The notes: generated by a model not told the origin, from the letters alone. A DNA stretch of 64,000 bases from Thermoanaerobaculia bacterium (GCA_035636095.1 DASPZU010000069.1:9199-73198); one strand, 5' to 3'; positions 44,521-53,755 are shown, numbered from the stretch's first letter. Made by a program: numbers and translations.

Positions 44521-45025
44521 ATCCCTCGAGCAGATTCGTCACCAGCGTCTCCGCGAAGCGCTGCGCGATCTCGGCGATGGCGCGTGTTTCCTGGTCGAAG
44601 GCGTCCGTCGATTCGAGGTTGACCTGGTAGTTTTCGGCGAAACGGTATTGATCGTTCTTCCACAGCACCTTGTCTTCGTTGCGGTGGTCGACCAGCTCGA
44701 TCTTGGCGGTGATCGAGATCTGATACTGCGTCGCGCGCCCTTGCGGATTGAAGGCGATCGGAAAGATCCCGAAGCTGTCGATGGAGCCGCGCAGGATGGC
44801 GTCGGCGCTGTTGGGATTGCTGACCAGCTTCAGGCGGCCGCGCGCGACCACCTCGTCGGCCACCGATTGCGTGACCAGCTGCTCCAGGCCCACGCGCGTG
44901 GTGCGATTGACAAAGGCCGGTACCTCGACCGTGTGAATCTTCGGATCGAGAGAATTGCTGCGGCCCACGAGCGCATAGCCGCACGCGGACAGCATCGCGA
45001 GTGGCGCGAGGAGCGCTTTTTTCAC
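44516..45025 (-). CDS. lptE: LPS-assembly lipoprotein LptE-like
   Basis: Lipobox LSAC followed by GYAL (as in CGWHLR of LptE). Size and beta-rich pattern fit. Confidence 0.5.
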   Translation of the reverse strand: MKKALLAPLAMLSACGYALVGRSNSLDPKIHTVEVPAFVNRTTRVGLEQLVTQSVADEVVARGRLKLVSNPNSADAILRGSIDSFGIFPIAFNPQGRATQYQISITAKIELVDHRNEDKVLWKNDQYRFAENYQVNLESTDAFDQETRAIAEIAQRFAETLVTNLLEGF

Positions 45026-45045
45026 ATCGAAGAGGTTAGCACGCG

Positions 45046-45852
45046 CTAAAGCCCGGGCGCTGTCGCTTTCGGTCGGCTCAGCTCCGCATCAATCACCTTC
45101 GCGAACTCTTCGTACGGCTTCGCGCCGGACAAGAAATGACCATTCACGAAAAACGCCGGAGTTCCGCTGACCCCGAGCCCTTTGGCCTCGGCAATGTCTG
45201 CATCGATGGCACTCTTGCCGCGCGTGCCGTCAAGGTCGGATTCGAAGCGCTTCATGTCCAGGCCGAGGTCGCGCGCGTACTGGAGCAAGTACTGACGTTG
45301 AATCTTCGGCTGATTCGCGAACAGCTTGTCGTGATACTCCCAGAATTTTCCCTGATTCTGTGCGGCCATCGCTGCGAGATGCGCCAATGGTGAGTCTTTG
45401 TGAAAATCGAGCGGATAGTGTTTCCAAACGATTCGCACCTTGTCCCCGTAGGTTTTTCGGATCTGCTGGAGAGTCGGACCGACTCTCGAACAGAACGGTC
45501 ACTGGAAATCGGAGAATTCGGCGATCGTGACGGCTGCCGTGATCGGGCCTTCCATCGGCGCGCCGTCGATCTTGACAGGATAGACGCGATTGGGATCAGG
45601 TCCACGCTGTCCAGGCGCCGCGCTGCGCGCTGCGACCCGCTCCACGTTTGCGGAGAGCTTCGCAAGGCGAGAATCGATCTGGTCAAGTCGAGACTCGAGG
45701 TTGTTAGCTGCCGTGCGAGTCGATCGGGCATTGAAGTAACTGGAGACGAGGAGAACGGACAAAACCGCGATCGTCGCACCCTGCACCATGACCGCGAGCG
45801 AGGATCGGCGCTCCTCGGATTCGATTTTGGGTGGTTCTCGATGTTTACCCAT
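45046..45852 (-). CDS. DsbA-like thioredoxin-fold oxidoreductase with in-frame TGA at the first CxxC position (candidate selenoprotein, UPFC)
   Basis: ORF-track pieces 45499..45852 and 45046..45438 are one reading frame joined through TGA at 45501..45499. EFSDFQ[TGA]PFC aligns to EFSDFQCPFC of the upstream paralog. 7-bp hairpin GAGAGUC-GGUCC-GACUCUC lies 11 nt 3' of UGA. Confidence 0.6.
45469..45487 (-). ncRNA. candidate bacterial SECIS hairpin inside coding sequence
   Basis: Perfect 7-8 bp stem, apical loop GGUCC (contains GGUC), 11-nt spacer from UGA. Confidence 0.45.
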
Positions 45853-46644
45853 CTAGCGAGTTCCCCCACCTCCGCCTGGCGGCATCAGAACAGAGTCGAT
45901 CGCCGACTTGAACTCCGCGTACGATTTGGCGCCAACGAGCTTTTTGGTGATTTTCACGGAACCGTTTGGCTGGACGACACCGATGAGAAATGACGGCGTT
46001 CCCGAGATGCCTGCACCGCCCGCGTCGGCGATGTCTTTCTTGATCTCGGTGGCGAAGCGCCCGCTGTCGAGACATTGCTGAAAGAGCGAAACATTCAGTC
46101 CCAAAGCTTCAGCGTGCTTGGGAAGATCGGCGGCTGCGATGTTCTGCTGATTGGCGAAGAGGCGATCGTGCATGTCCCAGAATTTCCCTTGCTCGCCGGC
46201 ACAATGCGCCGCCTCGGCCGCCTTTTCGGCGTTCTGATGAAAGTCGAGCGGATAGTCGCGCCACACATACTTCACCTTGCCGGTGTCTACGTAGTCCTTG
46301 AGGATTGCGGGATATGTGTCTTTGTCATACCGGCCACAGAACGGACACTGAAAGTCGGAGAACTCAATGACGGCCACTTTCGCGTTTGGGTTCCCCTTGA
46401 ATGGTTCTTTGTCGACATTGACAGGCGCAATGGGAAGCGCATCGGCCGCGGGTCGCCCTTGCCCCTGCTGCGCGAGTAATTTGTGAATCTCTTGCAGTTC
46501 TTTCAGGATCGCCTTCTGGCTCTCACTTAGAGAATCGATTGCCTTCTTAAAGTCATCGGTCTGTGTCCCTTGGGCCGATGCGGCAACCGGTGCGATCACC
46601 ATCAGCAATGCAACCATCGTTCGAGCGAAACGCGCCTTCTTCAT
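45853..46644 (-). CDS. DsbA-like thioredoxin-fold oxidoreductase (Cys paralog, CPFC)
   Basis: VIEFSDFQCPFCGRY...GTPSF motifs. Signal/TM MKKARFARTMVALLMVIAPVAASA. ORF track over-extends to 46695 through a hairpin. Confidence 0.8.
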   Translation of the reverse strand: MKKARFARTMVALLMVIAPVAASAQGTQTDDFKKAIDSLSESQKAILKELQEIHKLLAQQGQGRPAADALPIAPVNVDKEPFKGNPNAKVAVIEFSDFQCPFCGRYDKDTYPAILKDYVDTGKVKYVWRDYPLDFHQNAEKAAEAAHCAGEQGKFWDMHDRLFANQQNIAAADLPKHAEALGLNVSLFQQCLDSGRFATEIKKDIADAGGAGISGTPSFLIGVVQPNGSVKITKKLVGAKSYAEFKSAIDSVLMPPGGGGGTR

Positions 46645-46685
46645 GAACCCCCCTCGTTTGGGCGATGACGATTCAAGAATGAGGC

Positions 46686-46719
46686 CCGTCCGCACGTGCG
46701 GGCGCGCACGTGCGGACGG
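46686..46719. repeat. perfect 15-bp-arm hairpin CCGTCCGCACGTGCG-ggcg-CGCACGTGCGGACGG
   Basis: Direct reading. Intergenic within minus-strand operon. Confidence 0.8.
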
Positions 46720-46723
46720 AACC

Positions 46724-47206
46724 CTATTGGATCGTCATGCTCCCCTGATTGACCGTTGCCGTCGGCAGCGCGGTCTGGCCCAGGAGCACGCCGATCGTCC
46801 CTTGATCGTTGGCGTTTGTCGTGATCGTGGCCGTGAACGGGACACCAAGAAGCGGCGGGGTGCCGTCGCCCATGTTGATCGTGCACGTGCCGGAGAAAGT
46901 AGCGATGTTCGCCGCGTTTCGGGAACCGCTGGTGGCCTTGCCTTCAATCACGATGTTTTGCTGCAGACCTCCAAGAGAAACACCGAGCAGAATTGTGCAA
47001 AACTGGCCAAGCGATCCCGTGGTATCGATCTGCACGCCGTAGCCGGACTGCAGGCCGTTGATCGGAACTCCATTGAAAGTTGTACCAGGCGGAAAGATCC
47101 CGCCCGCGCCGGCCGTCACCGAGGTCTGCGCGAGGGCGGGCGGACTCCCGCCGAAAATCACGCCGAGGGCGATGGCGGTGAGCAAAACTGCAAACCTGAT
47201 CTTCAT
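46724..47206 (-). CDS. small secreted Gly/Thr-rich hypothetical protein
   Basis: Signal peptide MKIRFAVLLTAIALGVIFGGSPPALA. Confidence 0.5.
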   Translation of the reverse strand: MKIRFAVLLTAIALGVIFGGSPPALAQTSVTAGAGGIFPPGTTFNGVPINGLQSGYGVQIDTTGSLGQFCTILLGVSLGGLQQNIVIEGKATSGSRNAANIATFSGTCTINMGDGTPPLLGVPFTATITTNANDQGTIGVLLGQTALPTATVNQGSMTIQ

Positions 47207-47217
47207 CTCTAGTCTCC

Positions 47218-50200
47218 TTAGTTCGTCGGATGCTTCTGGATGTTTCCGTTGCTCAGCGTATGGCAGCCGGTATCCATCATCAGGGTGCAGGAAGTGGGCG
47301 CATTGGGATCCTGGTCGCTCGGGAGGCGCTGAATGCGGATCCTGTCCGAATTTGCTCCAGGCTCTGTGTTGTCTTCGACTGTAACCCTGTAGATGCAGCC
47401 CGTCTTCTTATCCCTCACCTTGAACGTGATGCAGTTGGTGCAGCTGGGGCAGTCGCCGTTATTGCCGCAAGGAGTTACCAGTCCGATGACTGGCCCATTG
47501 ATGTGGAACCCCGATGTGTGGTCGAGGCCGTTGAACTCGCCATCGGTGGGCCCGTTCGAGGGTGTCCTGAAGTTGAAACCGAAGCTCCACTTGTTGCCGT
47601 TGGTGGCGATGAATTGACCGCCGCCGGTGTACTTAACGGCCGTGGGGGTACCGGTGCAGATGCCGCCGCTACAGGTGTCGTTGCTGGTGCAGGCATCCCC
47701 GTCGTTGCACGGAGCGGTGTTGTTGTTGTGCACGCAGCCCGTCGCTGGGTTGCACGAGTCGTCGGTACAGACGTTGTTGTCGTTGCAGTTGGGCGGCGAC
47801 CCGCCCACGCACGAGCCGAGGGCGCAGGTGTCGTTGGTGGTACAGGCGTTCCCGTCGCTGCACGGGGCGGTGTTGTTGGTGTGCGCGCATCCCGTGGCCG
47901 GGTTGCACGAGTCGTCGGTGCAGACGTTGCCGTCATCGCAGTTGGGCGCAGGCCCGCCTATGCAGGTTCCACCACTACAGGTGTCATTGGTCGTACAGGC
48001 GTTGCCGTCGCTACAAGGATTGGTGTTGTTGGTGTGCACGCAGCCCGTGACCGGGTTACAACTGTCATCGGTGCAGACATTGTTGTCGTTGCAATTGGCA
48101 GCCGGCCCGCCGACGCATGCGCCCGCGGCGCAAGTGTCATTAGTCGTACAGGCGTTCCCGTCGTTGCAGGGGCCGGTGTTGTTGGTGTGCACGCAGCCTG
48201 TGGCCGGAACGCAGCTGTCGTCGGTGCAGACGTTGCCGTCATCGCAGTTGGGCGCCGGCCCGCCGACACAGGTTCCACCACTACATGCGTCATTGGTCGT
48301 ACAGGCGTTTCCGTCGCTACACGGGTTGGTGTTGTTGGTGTGCACGCAACCCGTCTGTGTGTTGCAGGTGTCGGTCGTACAGACGTTGCCGTCGTCGCAG
48401 TTGGGCGCCGGCCCGCCGACGCACGTTCCGTTGGCGCAGGTGTCGCTCGTGGTGCAGGCGTTCCCGTCATTGCACGGGTTGGTGTTGTTGATATGTGTAC
48501 ATCCGCTGGCCGGGTTGCAGGCGTCGGTCGTACAGACATTCCCGTCGTCGCAGTTAGGCGCAGGCCCGCCGACGCAGGTTCCACCACTACAGGTGTCATT
48601 GGTGGTACAGGCGTTCCCGTCGCTACAGGGATTGGTGTTATTGGTGTGCACGCAGCCCGTGGCCGGGTTACAACTGTCGTCGGTGCAGACATTGCCGTCG
48701 TCGCAGTTGGGCGCAGGCCCGCCTACGCACGCGCCACCCGCGCAGGTGTCATTGGTAGTACAAGCGTTCCCGTCGCTGCAGGGGTTGGTGTTGTTGACAT
48801 GCGTACACCCACTGGCGGGGTTGCAGCCGTCGGTCGTACAGACATTCCCGTCGTCGCAGTTAGGCGCAGGCCCGCCGACGCACGCTCCCGCGGCGCAAGT
48901 GTCGTTGGTCGTACAGGCGTTCCCGTCGTTGCAGGGGGCGGTGTTGTTAATGTGCACGCAGCCCGTGGCCGGGTTACACGAGTCGTCGGTGCAGACGTTA
49001 TTGTCATTGCAGTTGGGAGCTGGCCCGCCGACACACGTTCCACCCGCGCAGGTGTCGTTCGTGGTACAGGCGTTCCCGTCGTCGCAGGAGGCGGTGTTGT
49101 TGGTGTGCGTGCATCCGCTCGCCGGATCGCACGCATCGTCGGTACAGACGTTGTTGTCGTTGCAGTTAGGCGCTGGCCCGCCCACGCACGTCCCACCCGA
49201 ACACGTGTCATTGGTGGTGCAGGCGTTCCCGTCGCTACAGGAGGCGGTGTTGTTAGTGTGCACGCAGCCTGTGGCCGGATTACAGCTGTCGTCAGTGCAG
49301 ATGTTGCCGTCGTCGCAGTTGGGCGCAGGCCCTCCTACGCACGTGCCACCCGCACAGGTGTCATTGGTGGTACAGGCGTTCCCGTCGTTACAGGGGGCGG
49401 TGTTGTTGGTGTGCACGCAGCCTGTGGCGGGGTTACAGCTGTCGTCGGTGCAGACATTGTTGTCGTTGCAGTTAGGTGCAGGCCCTCCAACGCAGGCTCC
49501 ACCGCTACAGGTGTCATTGGTGGTACAGGCGTTCCCGTCGTTGCAGGGGGCGGTATTGTTGGTGTGGAAGCATCCGCTCGTCGGGTCGCAAGCATCATCG
49601 GTACAGACGTTGCCGTCGTCGCAGTTGAGTGGGGCGCCGGGGTTACAGGTCCCCCCACCGCACACCTCATGGCCATTGCACACCGTGTTGTCATCACATG
49701 AGGCGGTATTGTTGGTGTGTACGCACCCTGTCGCGGGATTGCAGCTGTCGTCAGTGCAGACGTTGTTGTCGTTGCAATTGACCGCGCTGCCCTCGCAGAA
49801 CCCCAGGGAGTTACAGGTGTCGTTGGTGGTGCAGGCGTTGCCGTCGTTGCAGGAAGTCCCAGTGGCCGGAGTGTGGCGACAGGCATGCAAAGTCGTATCG
49901 CATGTATCGGTGGTACACGGGTTGCCGTCGCTACACTGCGAGGCGTCGGTGCATCCCTGAAAAAGGATACAGTCCGAAGGGTCGGAGTTTGGTATCTCGG
50001 ACGGATAGGAGCACGCGTCAACCAACGTGGCGCTCGTGCCCGCCCCGAAGTCGGCAAGATCGACCGAGCAAGTGGCGACTGTGTCCGAGGGGTAGGCGTC
50101 ATCGGGTGGGAAGGGATCGGTGTTCTGCTGCGACACCGAGCACGTGGTGTTCTTGCCTGGCCCCGGCATACAGGCACCACCGCCGAGGCAGCCCGATTCG

Positions 50201-50772
50201 CTTGAGCAGGGGGCGCCGGCATTGGTCCCGCCGACACACATGTTCCCAGCGATCTGTACACTACCAGTACACCTGTCAGGCCTACTGTCGCTGCAGTTGA
50301 ACAGCCTCACTGCTCCCAGTGTGGCGAATTGGCCATGGTCCCTTATGGTCACGCAGACCGCGAGGTTGACATTGCCATTACCGTTGGTGTCATAGAGGGA
50401 GCAGGCATCGCCGGTGTTTCCGCCGGAGAGAGTTACGAGGTCCCAGTCCCACTGTGTAAAGACCTCGAACGGGCTAGTTCCGGGCTCCACACAGAATCGT
50501 GTCAGGTCCTTCTGACCAGGTACGTCGTTGGCCCCTTGCACGTCGTTTTGACAACTAACGAACACGGGCTGGGCAGCCGCCGGAGGTGCGGCCAGCGCAA
50601 TCAGCGAAATCAAAGTCGCTATGAGACAAAGAGACCGGAAGGTCAGCCCGAAGCTTCTATTACGGCTGCATCGGGTCAACCTTCCGGCGTTGCTTCTATA
50701 GCTGCTTTGAGGGGCGTTAAGTAGAGAGGCTGCGCACAGCCGCGTACAGCGGCAGGAATCTGGGTCTCGCAT
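47218..50772 (-). CDS. giant secreted cysteine-rich protein with about 17 tandem 46-aa Dictyostelium-CTDC-type repeats (CxDGNxCTxDxCxxxTGCxHTNNTxPCxDGNACTTNDTCxGGxCVGGPAPN)
   Basis: Translation is strongly periodic with about 190 Cys. Signal-like LCLIATLISLIALAAPPAAAQP. N-terminal start uncertain (first Met far upstream of signal peptide). Confidence 0.85.
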   Translation of the reverse strand: MRDPDSCRCTRLCAASLLNAPQSSYRSNAGRLTRCSRNRSFGLTFRSLCLIATLISLIALAAPPAAAQPVFVSCQNDVQGANDVPGQKDLTRFCVEPGTSPFEVFTQWDWDLVTLSGGNTGDACSLYDTNGNGNVNLAVCVTIRDHGQFATLGAVRLFNCSDSRPDRCTGSVQIAGNMCVGGTNAGAPCSSESGCLGGGACMPGPGKNTTCSVSQQNTDPFPPDDAYPSDTVATCSVDLADFGAGTSATLVDACSYPSEIPNSDPSDCILFQGCTDASQCSDGNPCTTDTCDTTLHACRHTPATGTSCNDGNACTTNDTCNSLGFCEGSAVNCNDNNVCTDDSCNPATGCVHTNNTASCDDNTVCNGHEVCGGGTCNPGAPLNCDDGNVCTDDACDPTSGCFHTNNTAPCNDGNACTTNDTCSGGACVGGPAPNCNDNNVCTDDSCNPATGCVHTNNTAPCNDGNACTTNDTCAGGTCVGGPAPNCDDGNICTDDSCNPATGCVHTNNTASCSDGNACTTNDTCSGGTCVGGPAPNCNDNNVCTDDACDPASGCTHTNNTASCDDGNACTTNDTCAGGTCVGGPAPNCNDNNVCTDDSCNPATGCVHINNTAPCNDGNACTTNDTCAAGACVGGPAPNCDDGNVCTTDGCNPASGCTHVNNTNPCSDGNACTTNDTCAGGACVGGPAPNCDDGNVCTDDSCNPATGCVHTNNTNPCSDGNACTTNDTCSGGTCVGGPAPNCDDGNVCTTDACNPASGCTHINNTNPCNDGNACTTSDTCANGTCVGGPAPNCDDGNVCTTDTCNTQTGCVHTNNTNPCSDGNACTTNDACSGGTCVGGPAPNCDDGNVCTDDSCVPATGCVHTNNTGPCNDGNACTTNDTCAAGACVGGPAANCNDNNVCTDDSCNPVTGCVHTNNTNPCSDGNACTTNDTCSGGTCIGGPAPNCDDGNVCTDDSCNPATGCAHTNNTAPCSDGNACTTNDTCALGSCVGGSPPNCNDNNVCTDDSCNPATGCVHNNNTAPCNDGDACTSNDTCSGGICTGTPTAVKYTGGGQFIATNGNKWSFGFNFRTPSNGPTDGEFNGLDHTSGFHINGPVIGLVTPCGNNGDCPSCTNCITFKVRDKKTGCIYRVTVEDNTEPGANSDRIRIQRLPSDQDPNAPTSCTLMMDTGCHTLSNGNIQKHPTN

Positions 50773-51147
50773 TTCTGGGCCTCCTCGAACCCAAAGGCGC
50801 CCGGAGCCGAAACTACCTTCTGTGGTGAGGTTGTGTGCGCGGGCCTGGCGGCAGCACTACGAACACCGGACACCCGCTGTGCATGAGGTGTGCCGCAAAT
50901 GTTGCGATTTTGTGCCAGGCCTCGATTGCATTGCGCATCCTGAAAATCGGTGACCGAGTTTTGTGCAGGCCAATGTTCCGTCAATGCAACGGTTCTTGTG
51001 CAACCGAAAGGATTTGAACCTGCACGAGTTCGTTTGCACCTATCGCAAAAGAAACTGCACAATTGTTTTTTCGCGATCGAAGGCCGTAATGATGGAAGAC
51101 AATGAGGTTGGAAAGTTATCGCCGCTCGCGCGCGTCAAAAATGTTAC
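50773..51147. promoter_or_regulatory. lower-GC upstream region of the giant gene with an array of TGTGCA/TGCACA hexamers and three imperfect direct repeats of about 35 bp (TTTTGTGCAGGCC...TTGCAnTGCA)
   Basis: Direct reading. About 8 TGTGC/GCACA-type sites in 250 bp. Confidence 0.4.
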
Positions 51148-53739
51148 TCAGCGAACGACAACGTTTACCAATTTTCCTGGTACATAGACCGTTCTTACAA
51201 CTTGCTTCCCGCTCACCCATTGTTGAATCTTGTCGTTGCTCTGCACTGCAGCCAGGATCTGCTCCTCGACCGGAGGATTCGGCACCTCGACGTGCCCGCG
51301 CAGCTTTCCGTTGACCTGCACCACGATCGTGATGATGTCCTCCTGCATCAGCTTCGGATCGGCGACCGGCCACTTCGACTGCAGGACGAAGCGCTTGTTG
51401 CCGAGCATCTCCCACAACTCTTCGGTGATATGCGGCGCGAACGGATGCAGCAGCTGCAGTAGAACGGTGTAGCTTTCGCGCACGTTGGCGCCGGCGGCCA
51501 GCGCCTCGCCGATCGCGTTGGAGAGCTCCATCAGCGCCGAGATGGCGGTGTTGAACTCGAAACGCTCGATGCGCTGCGTCACGGCGGCGATGGTCTGGTG
51601 GATTTTGCGGATGAGTGCCGCCGAGGCCGGCGGCGCTCCACCGGCGGCTGCACTGTCGGCCATGTTCCACACGCGGCTGAGGAAGCGATACGCGCCGATG
51701 ACGCCCTCGTCCGACCAGGCCGCTTCCTTCTCGGGCGGGGCGATGAACAGCGTGTACACGCGTTCGGTGTCGGCGCCGTAACGTTCGATCAGCGCGTCGG
51801 GCGGCACGACATTGAACCGCGACTTCGACATCTTCCCCACCTCGGGAATCAACTCGACGCCGTTGCGAAAGGGTTTTTTGTCGCGAAACTCGACCTCATC
51901 CAGCGGAACCCAGCTCAGACCGCATGACGGATCGCGAAAACCTTCCTTCGTGATCATGCCCTGGTTGAAGAGCCGCGCGAATGGCTCTTCGAAGCTGACC
52001 AGGCCCATGTCATACAGCGTGCGGCAGATGAACCGCGAGTACAGCAGATGCAGGATGGCGTGCTCGATGCCGCCGATGTATTGATCGACGGGCAGCCAGC
52101 GATTGGCCATCTTCGTATCAAAGATTCTTGTTTCGTCGCGCGGCGAGATGAATCGCAGGTAGTACCACGACGAGTCGACGAATGTGTCCATCGTGTCGGT
52201 CTCGCGGCGAGCCTGGCCTCCGCAGGTCGGACAGGTCGCGTTGACGAACTTGGGATCCTTGGCGAGCGGATTTCCCTCTTTGCCCGTGAACTGGACGTCC
52301 ACCGGCAGCACGACCGGCAAGTCCCTTTCTTGTACCAGAACAATTCCGCATTTGTCGCAGTACAAAACCGGAATCGGCGTTCCCCAATATCGCTGGCGCG
52401 AAATCAGCCAGTCGCGCAGCCGATAGCGCACCATCTTTTTGCCGATTTTGCGACGCTCGATCTCCGCGATGATTTTCTCGATCGCCTTCGGCGTGGGAAG
52501 GTCGGTGATGATGCCGGAGTTGACCGAGATACCGTTTTCTTTGTCGACGTAAGCCCCCTCACCCGGCACTTCGTGCCACCCTCTCCCCGCTTCGCGGGGC
52601 GAGGGCCCTCCCGCCGAACTCCCTCGCCCCGCTTGCGGGGAGAGGGACGGGGTGAGGGGTGCCACCACCATCCGGACCGGCAGCCCGTACTGTTTCGCGA
52701 ACTCGAAGTCGCGTTCATCGTGTCCCGGCACGGCCATGATCGCGCCGGTGCCGTACTGCATCAGCACGAAGTTGCCGAGCCAGATCGGGATCTTTTCTTC
52801 CGTGAAGGGATTGATGGCGTACTTGCCGGTGAAGCGGCCTTCCTTCCCCGCCTCCTGGCGCTCGAGCGCGCTCTGATTGCGCACGCCCGCGATCCAGCGC
52901 TCGAGCGCGGTCCGGTCCGGACTGTCCGCGATGAGCGCAGCAACGTCGGGATGCTCCGGCGCGAGCACCATGAAGGTCGCGCCGTAGATCGTGTCGGGGC
53001 GCGTTGTGAAGACGCGAATCGGATGACCGAGGTCGGGTATGGGGAAGTCGACGTCGGCGCCGAGGGACCGGCCGATCCAGTTGCGCTGCATGACTTTGAC
53101 CTGCTCGGGCCAGTGCTCCAGCGCGTCGAGGCCGTCGTCGAGGCGATCGGCGTAGGCCGTGATCTTGAGGAACCATTGCTCCAGCTCGCGCTGCACGACT
53201 TCCGTACCGCAGCGTTCGCATCGGCCGTCGATCACCTGCTCGTTCGCGAGCACGGTCTGATCGCTGGGGCACCAGTTGACCGGAGCCTTGCCGCGGTACG
53301 CCAGGCCGCGTTTATAGAGCTGGATGAAGAGCCACTGGTTCCACTTGTAGTAGCCGGGATGGCATGAGGCGATCTCTTTGGACCAGTCGTAGAGGATCCC
53401 CCATCGCTGGAACTGTTTTTTCTCGCGCGCGATGTTCGAGAGCGTCCACTCGCGTGGATGGACGCCGCGATTGATGGCCGCGTTTTCGGCCGGCAATCCG
53501 AAAGCGTCCCAGCCCATCGGATTGAGGGCCGCGCGGCCGCGCATCATCAGATATCGATAGAGCGCATCGCCGAGGATGTAGTTGCGTCCGTGCCCGACGT
53601 GCAGATCGCCCGACGGGTACGGAAACATGTTGAGCATGTAGTACTTCTGGCCGGGCTTCGAGACATCGATCTCGGCCACGCGGGCATCGGCCCATGCGCG
53701 CTGCCATTTCTCTTCGATTGCTTTTGGGTCGTACGGCAT
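51148..53739 (-). CDS. leuS: leucyl-tRNA synthetase (contains in-frame REP-like insertion)
   Basis: HVGHGRNY...KMSKS and editing domain. ORF track start 53799 is translated repeat, so start taken at [13 protein letters not shown]. Confidence 0.95.
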   Translation of the reverse strand: MPYDPKAIEEKWQRAWADARVAEIDVSKPGQKYYMLNMFPYPSGDLHVGHGRNYILGDALYRYLMMRGRAALNPMGWDAFGLPAENAAINRGVHPREWTLSNIAREKKQFQRWGILYDWSKEIASCHPGYYKWNQWLFIQLYKRGLAYRGKAPVNWCPSDQTVLANEQVIDGRCERCGTEVVQRELEQWFLKITAYADRLDDGLDALEHWPEQVKVMQRNWIGRSLGADVDFPIPDLGHPIRVFTTRPDTIYGATFMVLAPEHPDVAALIADSPDRTALERWIAGVRNQSALERQEAGKEGRFTGKYAINPFTEEKIPIWLGNFVLMQYGTGAIMAVPGHDERDFEFAKQYGLPVRMVVAPLTPSLSPQAGRGSSAGGPSPREAGRGWHEVPGEGAYVDKENGISVNSGIITDLPTPKAIEKIIAEIERRKIGKKMVRYRLRDWLISRQRYWGTPIPVLYCDKCGIVLVQERDLPVVLPVDVQFTGKEGNPLAKDPKFVNATCPTCGGQARRETDTMDTFVDSSWYYLRFISPRDETRIFDTKMANRWLPVDQYIGGIEHAILHLLYSRFICRTLYDMGLVSFEEPFARLFNQGMITKEGFRDPSCGLSWVPLDEVEFRDKKPFRNGVELIPEVGKMSKSRFNVVPPDALIERYGADTERVYTLFIAPPEKEAAWSDEGVIGAYRFLSRVWNMADSAAAGGAPPASAALIRKIHQTIAAVTQRIERFEFNTAISALMELSNAIGEALAAGANVRESYTVLLQLLHPFAPHITEELWEMLGNKRFVLQSKWPVADPKLMQEDIITIVVQVNGKLRGHVEVPNPPVEEQILAAVQSNDKIQQWVSGKQVVRTVYVPGKLVNVVVR
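52573..52662. repeat. GC-rich REP-like element (family F copy 2) inserted in-frame in leuS, encoding roughly [29 protein letters not shown]
   Basis: First 30 nt CCACCCTCTCCCCGCTTCGCGGGGCGAGGG identical to intergenic copy at 17934. Second hairpin CCCCGCTTGCGGGG. Confidence 0.8.
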
Positions 53740-53755
53740 GAGGATCGCGAAGTAT

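Noticed and set aside
45252-45869. 205-aa minus-strand ORF overlapping the Sec-DsbA region in another frame
   Set aside because: Ser/Arg-rich junk frame. The thioredoxin-fold frame with the Cys paralog alignment is clearly the coding one.
47230-49960. Two very long plus-strand ORFs (823 and 777 aa) antisense to the giant gene, with repetitive G/A/V/T-rich translations
   Set aside because: They are an artefact of the about 138-bp tandem DNA repeat and GC-rich codon bias. No start context, and they are the mirror of a clearly coding Cys-repeat frame on the minus strand.
50800-50860. Possible sigma-54 promoter (TGGCAC-N5-CGCA on the minus strand from ggcctggcacaaaatcgcaa) upstream of the giant gene
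   Set aside because: The -24 TGGCAC is perfect but the GG-to-GC spacing is one nucleotide short and the -12 is TCGCA not TTGCA. No EBP gene nearby.
50990-51060. tRNA-like GGATTTGAACC (reverse-complement T-loop-like) and a 7-bp acceptor-like pairing TGTGCAG/TTGCACA
   Set aside because: No D-arm or anticodon arm is present, the span between acceptor halves is only about 65 nt, and the T-stem is not complementary. Better explained as part of the TGTGCA repeat array.
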